64,000 nucleotides of DNA from a virus (IMGVR_UViG_3300005546_000004:1-64000), one strand, 5' to 3'. Counted from the first letter of the stretch, positions 7,250 through 17,191 are shown. Numbers and translations are program-made. Notes: a model not told the origin generated them from the letters alone.

Positions 7250-9715
7250 GTGACAACTGTACCACAGCCTACCTGGACTCCGATCGAGCTGGGAAGAGAC
7301 GTCCGGGCGGAGGCGCTGCGGCTCGCCGGCGAGGACGTCCGCGTCTTCCCGGTGTGGGGAATCCGGCGAACCCGAGCGCCGGCGCTGGGCACCGGCGAAC
7401 CGTCCTGGGAGAACCGGTGTGGCTGCGGCAACCCGGCGTGCCCGAACCCGGCGAAGCACCCCGTCGGCGCGCTGGTACCGAACGGACACAACGGCGCCGT
7501 CACGGACGCCGGGATCGTTGAGGCGTGGTTCCGCGTACCGGACGACCCACCCGACTCGTGGGTGCCGTACAACCTGGGCGTCGCGACGGGTCGGGGACTG
7601 CTGGTCGTCGACGCCGACGTCAAGCAGCCCCGCCCGGACCTTCCCACCGGACTCGAGGTCCTAGACGACTGGGAGACGTGGACGCAGGGTACCGGGCTGC
7701 CGCGCCGGACGCGGACGATCCAGACCGGCTCCGGCGGCGCGCACCTGTGGCTGGCGTACGACCCGGCGCTGCGGATACCGGCCCGCAACCGCGTGCTGCC
7801 GGGTATTGACCTGAAGGCCGACGGCGGCTACGTCCTGGCGGCCCCGTCGGTGCACGCCTCCGGCGCCCGCTACCTGGTCCGGGATCCCTCGGCGCCGATC
7901 CTGGACGTTCCGGACGACCTGCGGTCGTGGCTGCTCACCGTGCGGGGCGGCCGCTACGTCACCCGGCGCGCGCGGGATTCGTCCGGTCCGGTACCGGACG
8001 ACTACGACTTTCGGCGGATCGTCGCCGGCACGGGCTGCCCGGCGGGGCACCGGGACTACTTCGTCAACGACCTGTGCTTTCGGCTCAGGCGTAGCGGACT
8101 CGCGGTCGAGGACGCCGCCTCGGCGCTCCGGCGCGAGTGGCTGCGCATGGAGCAGCCGTCGGGCGACGAGTTCCCGTGGGACGCGTGCCTGTACAAGCTG
8201 CGCCGGGTCTGGGACGAGGTTTCCCCGGAGGAGATCGTAGACATTCCGGCGTGGCGGCCGCCGAATCTAGGTACCGTAAACGCTACCGTAAACGTAAACT
8301 CGCAGGTAGACGCCGCACCGGACGGTCTACTGCTCAGCGCCGTCGAGGCGCTGGACCGGCCGGACCTGACGTTTACGCCGTCGGATACCGGCAACGGCAT
8401 CCGGTTCGCCCAGCGGATGCGGGACGTCGTGCGCTGGTGCGTCGGCGAGCAGCGCTGGTACCTGTGGGACGGCTCGCGCTGGGCGCCGGACGAACTCAAC
8501 CGGACGCTGCTGCTGACGGAGGAGGTCATCAAGGACCTGTACGTCGAGGCCGCCCGGCTGAACGGCGAGCGCGACCGGACGAACCTGGAGAACTGGGCCC
8601 GGACGTCGCAGGCCGCCGGCCGGCGGCGGGCGATGCTGGAGCTGGCCTCGGCGCAGCCCGGACTGGCCGTCAGGCCGGACCAGCTGGACGCGGACGCGTG
8701 GCTGCTGGTCGTCGCCAACGGAACCGTCGACCTGCGCGCCGGGACGCTGCGCCCGTCGCAGCCGGAGGACCTCTGTACTCGAAGAGCGGACGTCGCGTTC
8801 GACCCCGGGGCGTCGGCGCCGCTGTGGGAGCGGCACGTCGAGTTCGTCACCGGCGGCGACCGGCTGCTGGCGGACTGGCTGCGCCGGGCCGTCGGCTACA
8901 CGCTCACCGGGCTGACGGACGAGCAGAAGCTGTTCTTCCTGTGGGGCAACGGCGCCAACGGAAAAAGCACGTTCGTCGACGTCGTCGCCGGGGTCCTCGG
9001 GACGTACGCGACGCAGGCGGACGAGAACCTGCTGACCGGTTCGGGGGGCCACCCGACGCAGCTGGCGGACCTGCGCGGCGTCCGGCTGGTCGTCGCGGAC
9101 GAGACCGACCGGGATAAGAAGCTCGCCGAGCAGCGGATCAAGATGCTGACCGGCCGCCGGATCAAGGCCCGCTTCATGCGTCAGGACTTCTTCGAGTACT
9201 CCCCGCGGTTCAAGCTGTGGGTCTCGGGCAACCACAAGCCGGAGATCCGCGGCAACGACCTGGGGATCTGGCGCCGGATGCAGCTCGTCCCGTTCGCCTC
9301 GACGCTGGACGCCGACCGGAAGATCCTCGGCTACGAGGACGTACTGCGCCGCGAGGCGGCCGGGATCCTGAACTGGGCGTTGGTCGGACTGGCGGACTGG
9401 GTCAAGCTCGACGGACTTGGCGAACCGGAGGCCGTCCGGTCGGCGACCCGCGAGTACCGGGAGGAGGAGGACTCGATCGGGCTGTGGCTCGCCGAGGTCG
9501 CCGAGCTGGGCGCCGCGGACTCGGAGGTCGACAACGCGCGGCTGTACGACTCGTACCGGTGGTGGTGCCACGCCAACGGCGTCCAGGACGTCCGGTCGAA
9601 CGTCGTCCTCGGCCGCGAGCTGGCGGCGCGCGGACTGGCGCGCGGGGTGTTACGGATCGGCGGCCGGCAGGTCAGAATCTGGCGCGGAATTCGACTGAAC
9701 ACGGCGGATCTGTAA
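7250..9715 (+). CDS. Bifunctional primase-polymerase (prim-pol N-terminal domain) / SF3 helicase (D5 / P4-type primase C-terminal NTPase)
   Basis: N-terminal RVFPVWGI... prim-pol-like region. Walker A LFFLWGNGANGKSTFVDVVAGVLG with DETD Walker B, typical of P4/D5 family primase-helicases. 821 aa. Confidence 0.85.
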   Translation: MTTVPQPTWTPIELGRDVRAEALRLAGEDVRVFPVWGIRRTRAPALGTGEPSWENRCGCGNPACPNPAKHPVGALVPNGHNGAVTDAGIVEAWFRVPDDPPDSWVPYNLGVATGRGLLVVDADVKQPRPDLPTGLEVLDDWETWTQGTGLPRRTRTIQTGSGGAHLWLAYDPALRIPARNRVLPGIDLKADGGYVLAAPSVHASGARYLVRDPSAPILDVPDDLRSWLLTVRGGRYVTRRARDSSGPVPDDYDFRRIVAGTGCPAGHRDYFVNDLCFRLRRSGLAVEDAASALRREWLRMEQPSGDEFPWDACLYKLRRVWDEVSPEEIVDIPAWRPPNLGTVNATVNVNSQVDAAPDGLLLSAVEALDRPDLTFTPSDTGNGIRFAQRMRDVVRWCVGEQRWYLWDGSRWAPDELNRTLLLTEEVIKDLYVEAARLNGERDRTNLENWARTSQAAGRRRAMLELASAQPGLAVRPDQLDADAWLLVVANGTVDLRAGTLRPSQPEDLCTRRADVAFDPGASAPLWERHVEFVTGGDRLLADWLRRAVGYTLTGLTDEQKLFFLWGNGANGKSTFVDVVAGVLGTYATQADENLLTGSGGHPTQLADLRGVRLVVADETDRDKKLAEQRIKMLTGRRIKARFMRQDFFEYSPRFKLWVSGNHKPEIRGNDLGIWRRMQLVPFASTLDADRKILGYEDVLRREAAGILNWALVGLADWVKLDGLGEPEAVRSATREYREEEDSIGLWLAEVAELGAADSEVDNARLYDSYRWWCHANGVQDVRSNVVLGRELAARGLARGVLRIGGRQVRIWRGIRLNTADL

Positions 9716-10046
9716 TCACGGTGAATACGGATGGGGTGTGTTGTTACGGATGGTGTTACAGATGAGTGTTACAGATGAAGATCGGGAAAACATTAGTGTG
9801 AACGAGTTGGTTGAAGTCTAGTTACTAGTTATTTATTTATTAAGATTAGATCTATCTGTTAACAGATAAACAGATAAACTGTAGTTGTTCGCTAGTAAGG
9901 TAGTTGAAGGGTACTACACGCCTACTAAGGTAGAATGTCCCAACTCACAGTAATCCCTATAGAGTTAACAAAAAAACATCTGTAATCTGTAACATCCGTA
10001 ACAGCACGGAGGTTCGGGGAGGGTTCGGGGAGGAATCGGAGGAGAG
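9716..10046. promoter_or_regulatory. Putative origin of replication and divergent control region: AT-rich core flanked by direct and inverted iterons
   Basis: Direct repeats GTTAC(A/G)GATG at 9743, 9755 and 9768 (about 12-13 bp spacing). Inverted copies at 9978-10002. 14-bp palindrome ATCTGTTAACAGAT at 9854-9867. TTATTTATTTATT tract. GA-rich GGTTCGGGGAGG x2 before the next gene. Lies immediately downstream of the primase-helicase gene. Confidence 0.55.
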
Positions 10047-10832
10047 TTGGGAGGGGGATTTGAAGACCTAATCCCGGTCGAGGACGCGTACGGAGGCGAG
10101 GTTTCGCGCCCGCAGTTCGAGGCGATCCGTCGGGCGCAGGAGCGGTACCGGTTCGGCGACGGCTGGGCGGTCGACGGCGCCGAGGTCACGTGGCCGTCGC
10201 GGGGGCCGGACGTCACGCCGTGCCTTGGTAGGATTAGGACGGGCTGGCGGCGCGGCGACCTGTGCGGACGAACGGCGGGGGCGGGAACCGAGCACGCGGG
10301 CGTCGGCCGGTGCTGGCAGCACGGAGGCAACACGGAGGCGGGACGCCGGGAGGGAGCGTGGATCGTGGCGCACGGATTCGCCCGGGCGCTGGACGTGACG
10401 CCGTGGGAGGCGCTGCTGACGGCGGTTAAGATAGCCGCCGGGCGCGTCGCGTGGATCGAGTCCAAGCTCGCGACGGTAGCGGAGGACCGTCAGCTGGAGC
10501 CGCCGAACAACGACTCGCTCGCTGAGCCGGGCCGGGACTCGGACCACCAGGGAACCAACGTCAACTACTGGGTCAAGCAGGCCGAGGTCTGGCACGAGCG
10601 ACTGGCGCGGGTCTCGAAGCTGGCGATCGACGCCGGAGTGGCCGAGCGACTCGTTAGGCAGCTCGAGCTGGAGGCGGAGCTGATGCTGCGCGCGACGTCG
10701 CTGACGTTCGACGAGCTGGGACTGGACGACGACACGAGGCAGCGGGCGCTTGGTATTATGTCTCGGAACCTACTGGCGCTGGAGGCGCAGGAGGTCGGGA
10801 TAGAGAGGGAGAACGAGAATGATCGAGGTTAA
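10047..10832 (+). CDS. hypothetical protein (Cys/His cluster CGRT...GRCWQHGG; acidic coiled-coil C-terminus)
   Basis: 261-aa ORF with TTG start directly after the GGAGGAGAG ribosome-binding site. Confidence 0.5.
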   Translation: MGGGFEDLIPVEDAYGGEVSRPQFEAIRRAQERYRFGDGWAVDGAEVTWPSRGPDVTPCLGRIRTGWRRGDLCGRTAGAGTEHAGVGRCWQHGGNTEAGRREGAWIVAHGFARALDVTPWEALLTAVKIAAGRVAWIESKLATVAEDRQLEPPNNDSLAEPGRDSDHQGTNVNYWVKQAEVWHERLARVSKLAIDAGVAERLVRQLELEAELMLRATSLTFDELGLDDDTRQRALGIMSRNLLALEAQEVGIERENENDRG

Positions 10833-11229
10833 CCGCGAGCGGGTCCGGCTGCTGGTCGACGCGCTGCGGTCGGGCAGGTTCGAGCAGGGAATCGGCGCGC
10901 TGGAGCGAAACGGAAGGCACTGCTGCCTCGGCGTCGCGTGCGTCGTCGCGCGGGAAAACGGCCTGGCGCTGACGACCGGCACGGACGACGACGCCGTCGT
11001 GTTCGGACTCGGCCCGGTCAACTCGCCGGAGTGGAGCGAGGACTCGGACTTGGCACACCTGCCGCGGTCGGTGATGGAGTGGTACGGCTTCGACGACACG
11101 TGTCCGGACCTGGACGACGGCACCGGCGACTTTGAGTCCGCGGTCGAACTCAACGACCACCTGGGGTGCGACTTCGACCGGATCGCCGACGCGTTCGAGC
11201 GCACGTTCCTCCGTGAGGAGACCGCGTGA
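10819..11229 (+). CDS. hypothetical protein
   Basis: 136-aa ORF overlapping the upstream gene by 14 nt. Confidence 0.5.
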   Translation: MIEVNRERVRLLVDALRSGRFEQGIGALERNGRHCCLGVACVVARENGLALTTGTDDDAVVFGLGPVNSPEWSEDSDLAHLPRSVMEWYGFDDTCPDLDDGTGDFESAVELNDHLGCDFDRIADAFERTFLREETA

Positions 11230-11408
11230 AGGTGTACATCGTGACGCTCGGCTACGTCGAGGACGAGAAGTTCGTGGCATTCCTCGACGTGGAAAACGCG
11301 CGTCGTTACGCGGAGCGAGAGGGTTACGAGGTGCTCGATCCGATCGAGGTCTTGGATGCACCCGTTGGGGACATCACGGTTGTGCCGTGGCCGCGAGATG
11401 TCGAGTAG
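11226..11408 (+). CDS. hypothetical protein
   Basis: 60-aa ORF with ATGA overlap to the upstream gene. Confidence 0.45.
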   Translation: MKVYIVTLGYVEDEKFVAFLDVENARRYAEREGYEVLDPIEVLDAPVGDITVVPWPRDVE

Positions 11409-11446
11409 GATCGAAACGTGGGGACGAGTGAAGGAGAACGAGGTAT

Positions 11447-11810
11447 GACGGACACCAATCTGCCCACCGAACTCGCGGACGAGGTCACGCGACGTAAGGA
11501 CGTCGTCGCGGGGTCGAGACGCGCCGTCGAGGCACGGATGATCGACGTTCGTAGGCAGCTGCCCGCGAACGCGTACATCCGGCCGGGACTCGGGGACCTG
11601 CCGCTGTCGACGCAGCTGCGGGCGGCGTTCCGGCTGCTGAACGAGACGCTGCTGCCGCTGATCGACTCGGTCGAGGCGCAGCAGTCGCAGGTCGTCCAGT
11701 GCTCGGTCTGCTACCGCAACCTCGGCGGCTGGCCGCAGCGAGTCTTGGAGGAGCACTACTTCCAGCACTCGTGGCTGCAGCGAAGGCTCGCGAAGGTGGG
11801 GATCCGCTAG
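11447..11810 (+). CDS. hypothetical protein
   Basis: ATG preceded by GAAGGAGAACGAGGT. Confidence 0.5.
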
Positions 11811-12247
11811 TGGTCGAGCCTATCGTCGACTTCAACGCGTACGCAAGAATTCAGCACACCGTAAATGACATCATGCGCGAGATCCAGCGACGCAGCCGAC
11901 GAATGGAGAGTGAGAACGTGAACCGAGACGAGGTCATCCAGTCACGCATTCGCGAACTCGAAGCCGAACTGGCGCAGCGCCGGCGCTACGGCGCCGATAC
12001 GTACGACGACGGCACCGTGTTGAGTTGGGGGAAGACCTTCTCTAGCTCCGACGCCGTGTTCCACTACGCCGCGGTCAAGGTTGGCGATCGGTGGTACGTT
12101 ACCGGCGCGGCCGGCGGCAAGAACGCAATTACGTGGGACCGTCTGGTCACCGACTACTGGACGACCGCGAACGTCGTCGACGAGGTCCGCGTCGACGACA
12201 CGTGGAAGGTCGTCGGCCAAGGCGAAGAGGAGGCTACGGAGAAGTGA
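11810..12247 (+). CDS. hypothetical protein
   Basis: GTG start overlapping the upstream stop, preceded by AAGGTGGGG. Confidence 0.45.
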   Translation: MVEPIVDFNAYARIQHTVNDIMREIQRRSRRMESENVNRDEVIQSRIRELEAELAQRRRYGADTYDDGTVLSWGKTFSSSDAVFHYAAVKVGDRWYVTGAAGGKNAITWDRLVTDYWTTANVVDEVRVDDTWKVVGQGEEEATEK

Positions 12248-12594
12248 ACCGCTACGAACGACGCGTCCGCGGGGGCGCCGAGTACCTGGATTCGCGGGGC
12301 TCGACCTACGCCGACTGGCGGGATCGTCTCGACCTCGGGACGCTCGACGTCGACGACGACCGTCGGTGCGTCATTGGCCAGCTGCGGCGCAGCTTCAACA
12401 CGTCGCCGGAATTCTGGCGCTCAAACCGGTGGCTGCGCGACCGCGGGTTCGTCGTGTCCGGGGTAAACTGGTTCGGCGTGGTGATCGGCTGGCGCGGAAC
12501 CCGCCGGTTCGATCGACGCAACCTGCGGCTGGCCGAGGCGTGGCGCAGCTACGTGCTCGCGGAGAGGATGAAGGCCCGTGAACAGGTACGTTAA
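12244..12594 (+). CDS. hypothetical protein
   Basis: GTGA overlap start preceded by GAGGAGG. Confidence 0.45.
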   Translation: MNRYERRVRGGAEYLDSRGSTYADWRDRLDLGTLDVDDDRRCVIGQLRRSFNTSPEFWRSNRWLRDRGFVVSGVNWFGVVIGWRGTRRFDRRNLRLAEAWRSYVLAERMKAREQVR

Positions 12595-12716
12595 GCTGAC
12601 CCTGTACGCGCTGGCCGGCAGCGTCGCCGGCTGGCTCGGCTACCAGGTGACCCGCACCGCGCTCGCGCGTCGACGCCAGCAGGCGACGTCGGCGCTCGAC
12701 GGCCCCGAGGCCTAGG
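12579..12716 (+). CDS. small membrane protein (single TM segment LTLYALAGSVAGWLGY)
   Basis: 45-codon GTG-initiated ORF preceded by GAGAGGATGAAGG; not in the table. Confidence 0.3.
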
Positions 12717-12721
12717 AAACC

Positions 12722-12943
12722 TTGGGTGCCACGGTACGGCGGGCTCCGTTCCTCCAATCGCACCTGGTCGAACGGATCCCGCCGTACCACCTGTGGACCT
12801 GGGCGTGCGACGACTGCGCAGCCGGTCCGTGGCGCGACCGGTCGGCTACCGAGGGTGTTGCCCGGCGCTCCGCGCTTCGACACAACCGTACCTTTCACGG
12901 GCGCTACAACCTGGACGACGAGGACGAATACGACGATGATTAG
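12722..12943 (+). CDS. hypothetical small protein
   Basis: 73-aa ORF. Confidence 0.35.
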   Translation: MGATVRRAPFLQSHLVERIPPYHLWTWACDDCAAGPWRDRSATEGVARRSALRHNRTFHGRYNLDDEDEYDDD

Positions 12944-12964
12944 TCGAAGGGAGAGCTGAGAGCA

Positions 12965-13366
12965 ATGAGTCTTACGGTCGATGACCTGATTCCAGCCGTT
13001 AAGCCGGCGTACGGCGCCGCGACGGCGCGCGTGGTGCTCGACATCGTGCGCCGGTTTCCGGAGCACCACCTGCAGAACTACTTCGAGATCGACGCGTCGT
13101 GGCTGTTCAACACGGCGTTGGGCGATAAGTGCGGTACCACGCGCTGCGTCGCCGGGTGGACGACGTTCGTCCACCTCGGTAGGTGGACCGACTCGTGGGA
13201 CGCCCGCCAGATGCTCGGCATCAGCAACGACGACGCCGAACGGCTGTTCTACGAGATGCGCGAGGACGTCGCGGTCGACGCGCTCGAGTACCTGGCGAAG
13301 GGCGAACCGATCGACTGGGAGGCGCTTGACGCGCGGCACGGACCGCTCGTAGTTGCGTTCGAGTGA
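12965..13366 (+). CDS. hypothetical protein
   Basis: 133-aa ORF with GAAGGGAGAG ribosome-binding site. Confidence 0.5.
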   Translation: MSLTVDDLIPAVKPAYGAATARVVLDIVRRFPEHHLQNYFEIDASWLFNTALGDKCGTTRCVAGWTTFVHLGRWTDSWDARQMLGISNDDAERLFYEMREDVAVDALEYLAKGEPIDWEALDARHGPLVVAFE

Positions 13367-13590
13367 AGATCACAGTCATCCCAGACGCCGGCGAGATCCT
13401 CGAGGTGCTGCGGCCCTACCTGTGGGAGGAGATCACCGACGACGAGGTGCGCGACCTGCTGAGCGAGCTGGCGCACTGCGGCTTCGTAATCTCGCACCAG
13501 GTCGACGTTCCGGACGAGTTCGTCGCCCGACTGGAGCGCAGCCTGACCGTTACGCCGATCGCCGGCCGGGGAAGGCCGAAACGTGCCTAG
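13363..13590 (+). CDS. hypothetical protein
   Basis: 75-aa ORF with GTGA overlap coupling. Confidence 0.45.
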   Translation: MKITVIPDAGEILEVLRPYLWEEITDDEVRDLLSELAHCGFVISHQVDVPDEFVARLERSLTVTPIAGRGRPKRA

Positions 13591-13795
13591 GCTGGCGATC
13601 CGGCGCGAGCCGCTCGGCGCGCGCGGGGTCACGGCCAGATCTGGCCGTGGCGGATCTACTGCGACGAGTGCGACGACGTGATCCGGTGTCGCTACGAGGT
13701 CGGCGGCGCCGATACGTTCGCCAACGCGCTGTACGAGGCGCGGCACCACGCGCGCGTCTACCACGAGGTCGCACTGTGACGCGGTTTCGACTACC

Positions 13796-14344
13796 ATGAC
13801 GCGCGTGACTGACTTCTTCGTCTCGGCGCTCGCGCTGCGCTACGACGGCACCAACGCGACGGCGATCTGCAACGCCGTCAATGCGATCAACGCGCAGCTC
13901 GGAACCTTCCTGGGCTGGGATACGCCGACCTGCGTCGAGTCCGCGGGCACGATCACCATCACGACGTCGCCGTACATTCCGCCGAAGGTCGTCGCCAACG
14001 GCCAGTGGATCGCGCTGGAAAACTCGGCGCTGGTCGTCTACGACAACCCCGTGTTCCAGGCGTTGCACAAGCGTAACCAGCCGAACATCACGACCGTCGC
14101 GGTGGCCAACGTGCCCGCGATCGCCGCGCTCGGCTCCGCCAACGTCGACGTGAACCTGCCGCTGGCGTTCTCGGGCACCGCCGGCTACACGGCGACGGCC
14201 AGCCTGGTCGGCGCGTTCGCGGGCCTGAGCGTCGGCGCGATCACGAAGCTGGACGCCGACACGGTGCGGGTGCAGGTCAACGCCGCACTGGTCTACATCG
14301 CCGGCGCGCAGGTTCTCATCGTGGCGACAGGGGGCCCGGCGTAG
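13796..14344 (+). CDS. hypothetical protein (Ala/Thr-rich)
   Basis: 182-aa ORF. Confidence 0.5.
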   Translation: MTRVTDFFVSALALRYDGTNATAICNAVNAINAQLGTFLGWDTPTCVESAGTITITTSPYIPPKVVANGQWIALENSALVVYDNPVFQALHKRNQPNITTVAVANVPAIAALGSANVDVNLPLAFSGTAGYTATASLVGAFAGLSVGAITKLDADTVRVQVNAALVYIAGAQVLIVATGGPA

Positions 14345-14360
14345 GAGGTAGAATCGCTGG

Positions 14361-14657
14361 ATGGCTAGGATGTTAGGCACCTACTACTGCGCGGTGCTCT
14401 ACGACGTCCACGGGCGTCACGATCTGGATAAGATCGTCCGGAGGCGCAACCGGGCGCGCGAGGACGCCGCGTGGAAGGGCGACGTCTTCGCCAACGAACC
14501 GACGTTTCCCGACGCGGACGGTCGCGAGTATTGGGATTCGCTGAACGCGGACGACGCGAACGCTCCGACCGGTGAGGTCTGGCGCGCGTGCGTCGAGAAC
14601 GAGTCTGCGGTAAGCTCGCTGCCGGTCGGCTACGACGGGACCTGGCGCAGTGGCTGA
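14361..14657 (+). CDS. hypothetical protein
   Basis: 98-aa ORF. Confidence 0.45.
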   Translation: MARMLGTYYCAVLYDVHGRHDLDKIVRRRNRAREDAAWKGDVFANEPTFPDADGREYWDSLNADDANAPTGEVWRACVENESAVSSLPVGYDGTWRSG

Positions 14658-14840
14658 GGTCGTTAAGCGGGTCGAGCGGCACGACTGCCGCGAGGAGATC
14701 AGGGAGTCCGGACTGGACGACCTATACTACGGCAGCATCGTCAAGTGCTCGTGCGGACGGCAGTACATTAAGACCAGCGACCAGCGCGAGGGTGCGTGGT
14801 GGGCCGACTACAGGTGGAAACCCTCGTGAGTAGGACGACC

Positions 14841-15131
14841 ATGAAGGGCCGCCAGGTCCGCACCAAGCGTGGCGAGTTGCGCTGCGCCTCGCTCTACTGC
14901 AAGAAGATCATCTACAACACGCAGGCCGAAGCCGAGCGGGAGGCGCGCTACCTGGCGAAGCTGCACGACTCCGAAGCGCGGATGCGCGCCTACCGCGACC
15001 ACGGGTGCTGGCACCTGACGTCGCGGACGAACGACGACATCCGACGCGAGCGACTGGTCAAGCACATCTACTGGCTGCTGTGGCGCGAGGTCCGGCGCCG
15101 TGCGCAGCACCAAGTTACTCACGTAGGATAG
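14841..15131 (+). CDS. small zinc-ribbon-like protein (C-x2-C ... H-x-C-W-H)
   Basis: Internal ATG at 14841 preceded by AGGA. Confidence 0.45.
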   Translation: MKGRQVRTKRGELRCASLYCKKIIYNTQAEAEREARYLAKLHDSEARMRAYRDHGCWHLTSRTNDDIRRERLVKHIYWLLWREVRRRAQHQVTHVG

Positions 15132-15171
15132 GGTAGTCGAGGACCCAAACGACTAGAGAAGGAGAACGAAG

Positions 15172-15423
15172 ATGAACGAAACGATCCTGGACGGCGTCAC
15201 CGCGGAGCAGCGCGCGGCGATCCTCGAGGCCGAGAAGCTGCGCGTGATCGACGTTACGATCCGTCGGGCGCGCGACGAGGGCTACCGCGACGAAACGATC
15301 TACGTGCTGCGCGCAGTCTACCCGGACCACGAGGGCGACTTTCGCGATTCGGACGGGCTGGACTGCAACGGCCGCACCGCAAACCAGCACAAGTGCAGCC
15401 TATGCGGCGTGGTGCATTCGTAG
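15172..15423 (+). CDS. hypothetical protein
   Basis: Strong ribosome-binding site AGAAGGAGAACGAAG before ATG; the same motif recurs at 22184. Confidence 0.55.
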   Translation: MNETILDGVTAEQRAAILEAEKLRVIDVTIRRARDEGYRDETIYVLRAVYPDHEGDFRDSDGLDCNGRTANQHKCSLCGVVHS

Positions 15424-15710
15424 TGTCGCGTAAGTCGCCGCGCGTAACGTGGACTGGCGTCGTCGTCAAGCTGGACGACGGCACGATCCACGCCGTCGAG
15501 TTCGACGGATCGCAGTCGTTCCTGACCGCGGACGTCGTTCTCACGGGCGTAAATGACGGTCCGCCGACGTGGCGACCAGACGTCTCGGCGACGATCCGCG
15601 GCGTCGGACGCTACTGGGTCCAGGGCGCTACGATGGCGCCAGACGAACCGCCGCGCATAGTCGAGGGACGTCGGGCGCTGGATGGGGAGGTGATCGACGG
15701 TGGAAGTTAG
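15393..15710 (+). CDS. hypothetical protein
   Basis: 105-aa ORF. Confidence 0.4.
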   Translation: MQPMRRGAFVVSRKSPRVTWTGVVVKLDDGTIHAVEFDGSQSFLTADVVLTGVNDGPPTWRPDVSATIRGVGRYWVQGATMAPDEPPRIVEGRRALDGEVIDGGS

Positions 15711-15954
15711 GACACACGGAACGGTGAGCGGGTACCGGCGCGGCTGCAGGTGCCGCGCCTGCACCACTGCGAACTCGGACTACGTCCAGCAGGCGCGCGT
15801 CGAACGCGCGGTTCGGCTGCAGCTCGACCCGTCGCTGGTGGTGCACGGCAGCGTGTCGACGTACGACAACTGGATGTGTCGCTGCCCGGACTGCGCGGAG
15901 GCGCAGAAGCTGCGCCTGCGGCGGCTGCGCAACGCGCACCGGGTCGCCGCGTGA
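15700..15954 (+). CDS. Putative DNA-binding protein with duplicated Cys clusters (HGTVSGYRRGCRCRACT ... NWMCRCPDCAE)
   Basis: GYxxGCRCxxC-type motif twice in 84 aa; this motif family is widespread in actinophage early regions. Confidence 0.55.
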   Translation: MEVRTHGTVSGYRRGCRCRACTTANSDYVQQARVERAVRLQLDPSLVVHGSVSTYDNWMCRCPDCAEAQKLRLRRLRNAHRVAA

Positions 15955-16064
15955 AGCCCGCCGAGCTTCGCGGACTGGTCGCCGTCATCGGACTGGTCTT
16001 CATCGGACTGGCGGTGCTGACATTCGTCGGGCTGCTCGGGTTCGTCGAGGGGTGGTGGCCGTGA
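15952..16064 (+). CDS. small membrane protein
   Basis: GTG-initiated 37-codon ORF encoding a single hydrophobic helix (LVAVIGLVFIGLAVLTFVGLLGF). Confidence 0.3.
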
Positions 16065-16414
16065 GGGAGAAGCAGCAGCGCAAGCGCGACGTCCTGCGGA
16101 CGCCGACGCCGTCGGGTCCGAGCGTCGAGGCGCTCTCGGACGACGACCTGACGACGCTCCAGCTGAAGGTCGCGTCGCACGTCGTCGGAGACCCGCTACT
16201 GACGGGTGACGTCGACCGGCGTGCGGCGCTGCGGGAGCTGCTCGACGTCCTCGGCCTGGCGCGCCGGCCCGCGGGCTGGCACCCCGAGCGCGGCACGATC
16301 TTCGGCTACTGGTGGCACGTCCACCGCGACGAGACGCCGTGTAACCCGTGCTGGAACGCGCGGACGGCCGAACTGGAGAAGGTGTGGGGTGGACGGTGCC
16401 CGCTGATTCCGTAG
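16052..16414 (+). CDS. hypothetical protein with GY...PCNPC motif (related to the 15700 gene family)
   Basis: FGYWWHVHRDETPCNPCWNA segment; start possibly GTG at 16061 after GGGGTGG. Confidence 0.45.
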   Translation: MVAVREKQQRKRDVLRTPTPSGPSVEALSDDDLTTLQLKVASHVVGDPLLTGDVDRRAALRELLDVLGLARRPAGWHPERGTIFGYWWHVHRDETPCNPCWNARTAELEKVWGGRCPLIP

Positions 16415-16839
16415 AACCGCGACGAAGCCGGTCGGAGAAGATCGTCGGCGGCCGCGATGACGACGGTCACGACGACACGTGGGCCGCCGCCTACGACGGC
16501 CTGGTCGTCGACGACCTCGAGGAGCCGCGCGCGTACCTCGACGTCGGCGAGGTCACGACCGAGTACGGCGTCTTCAACGACGCCGCGGTCTGGGAGCCGC
16601 TGTTCGCGTCCGGCGAGGTACACGAGTCGCTGCGCGAGGTCCTCGAGCGGCCGCTGTACGCCTCGGAGGTCCTCGAGGCGGCGGCCCGACACGCCCGGCT
16701 CGCCAACGAGGAGCGTGCCCTCGATGTCGCCAAGGTCGACAAGTTCGGCTACGTCGTCGTTAAGACGCGCCGCGTGGTACGGTCGCCGTGGGCGGACGTA
16801 CCGCTGGACGAACAGGCTCGGGCGTTGGGAGAGTTCTAG
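16393..16839 (+). CDS. hypothetical acidic protein
   Basis: Probable GTG start (VPADSVEP...) in the frame of table ORF 16348-16839. Confidence 0.4.
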   Translation, partial: TVPADSVEPRRSRSEKIVGGRDDDGHDDTWAAAYDGLVVDDLEEPRAYLDVGEVTTEYGVFNDAAVWEPLFASGEVHESLREVLERPLYASEVLEAAARHARLANEERALDVAKVDKFGYVVVKTRRVVRSPWADVPLDEQARALGEF

Positions 16840-17048
16840 TGACGTGGATCAGATCGTCGTTCTGCGAGTCCTCCGGCTGCGTCGAGGTTGCGGAGGTGCA
16901 GGGCGTCGATGGCGGCGAATGCGACGTCCTGGTGCGAGACTCGAAGATCGGCGACGACTCGCCGGTCCTGCAGTTCTCACGCGTCGCGTGGCGCGCGTTC
17001 GCCGATGCGATCAAGAACTCCGAGAACTTTATCGACGACATTCCGTGA
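16839..17048 (+). CDS. DUF397 domain protein
   Basis: VTWIRSSFCESSGCVEVAEV matches the DUF397 signature W.KSS.S...G.CVEVA, a Streptomyces-typical small protein family. GTG start overlapping the upstream stop. Confidence 0.6.
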   Translation: MTWIRSSFCESSGCVEVAEVQGVDGGECDVLVRDSKIGDDSPVLQFSRVAWRAFADAIKNSENFIDDIP

Positions 17049-17080
17049 TCAATTTGACACGTGTAGTACGTTTACTCACG

Positions 17081-17191
17081 TGAGGAAGTCGTCGCCGGTG
17101 CGGCTCTGGCTGCAGATCTTGATCATTTTAGGTTTGCTGCTGATCGGTGCCGCGTACTGGCGCGACAACCTAGGCTACCCAAACCGCTAGA
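17081..17191 (+). CDS. small membrane protein
   Basis: 36-codon GTG ORF (LWLQILIILGLLLIGAAYW); not in the table as a separate ORF. Confidence 0.25.

Noticed and set aside
8137-9571. Long alternate-frame ORFs (326 aa plus strand, 414 aa minus strand) inside the primase-helicase gene
   Set aside because: Arg/Pro/Gly-rich products with no motifs. They overlap a gene with clear Walker motifs. A high-GC frame artefact.
10047-10832. Small terminase subunit
   Set aside because: The gene lies 8 kb upstream of terL and shows only a vague Cys/His cluster. There is not enough evidence to call it TerS.
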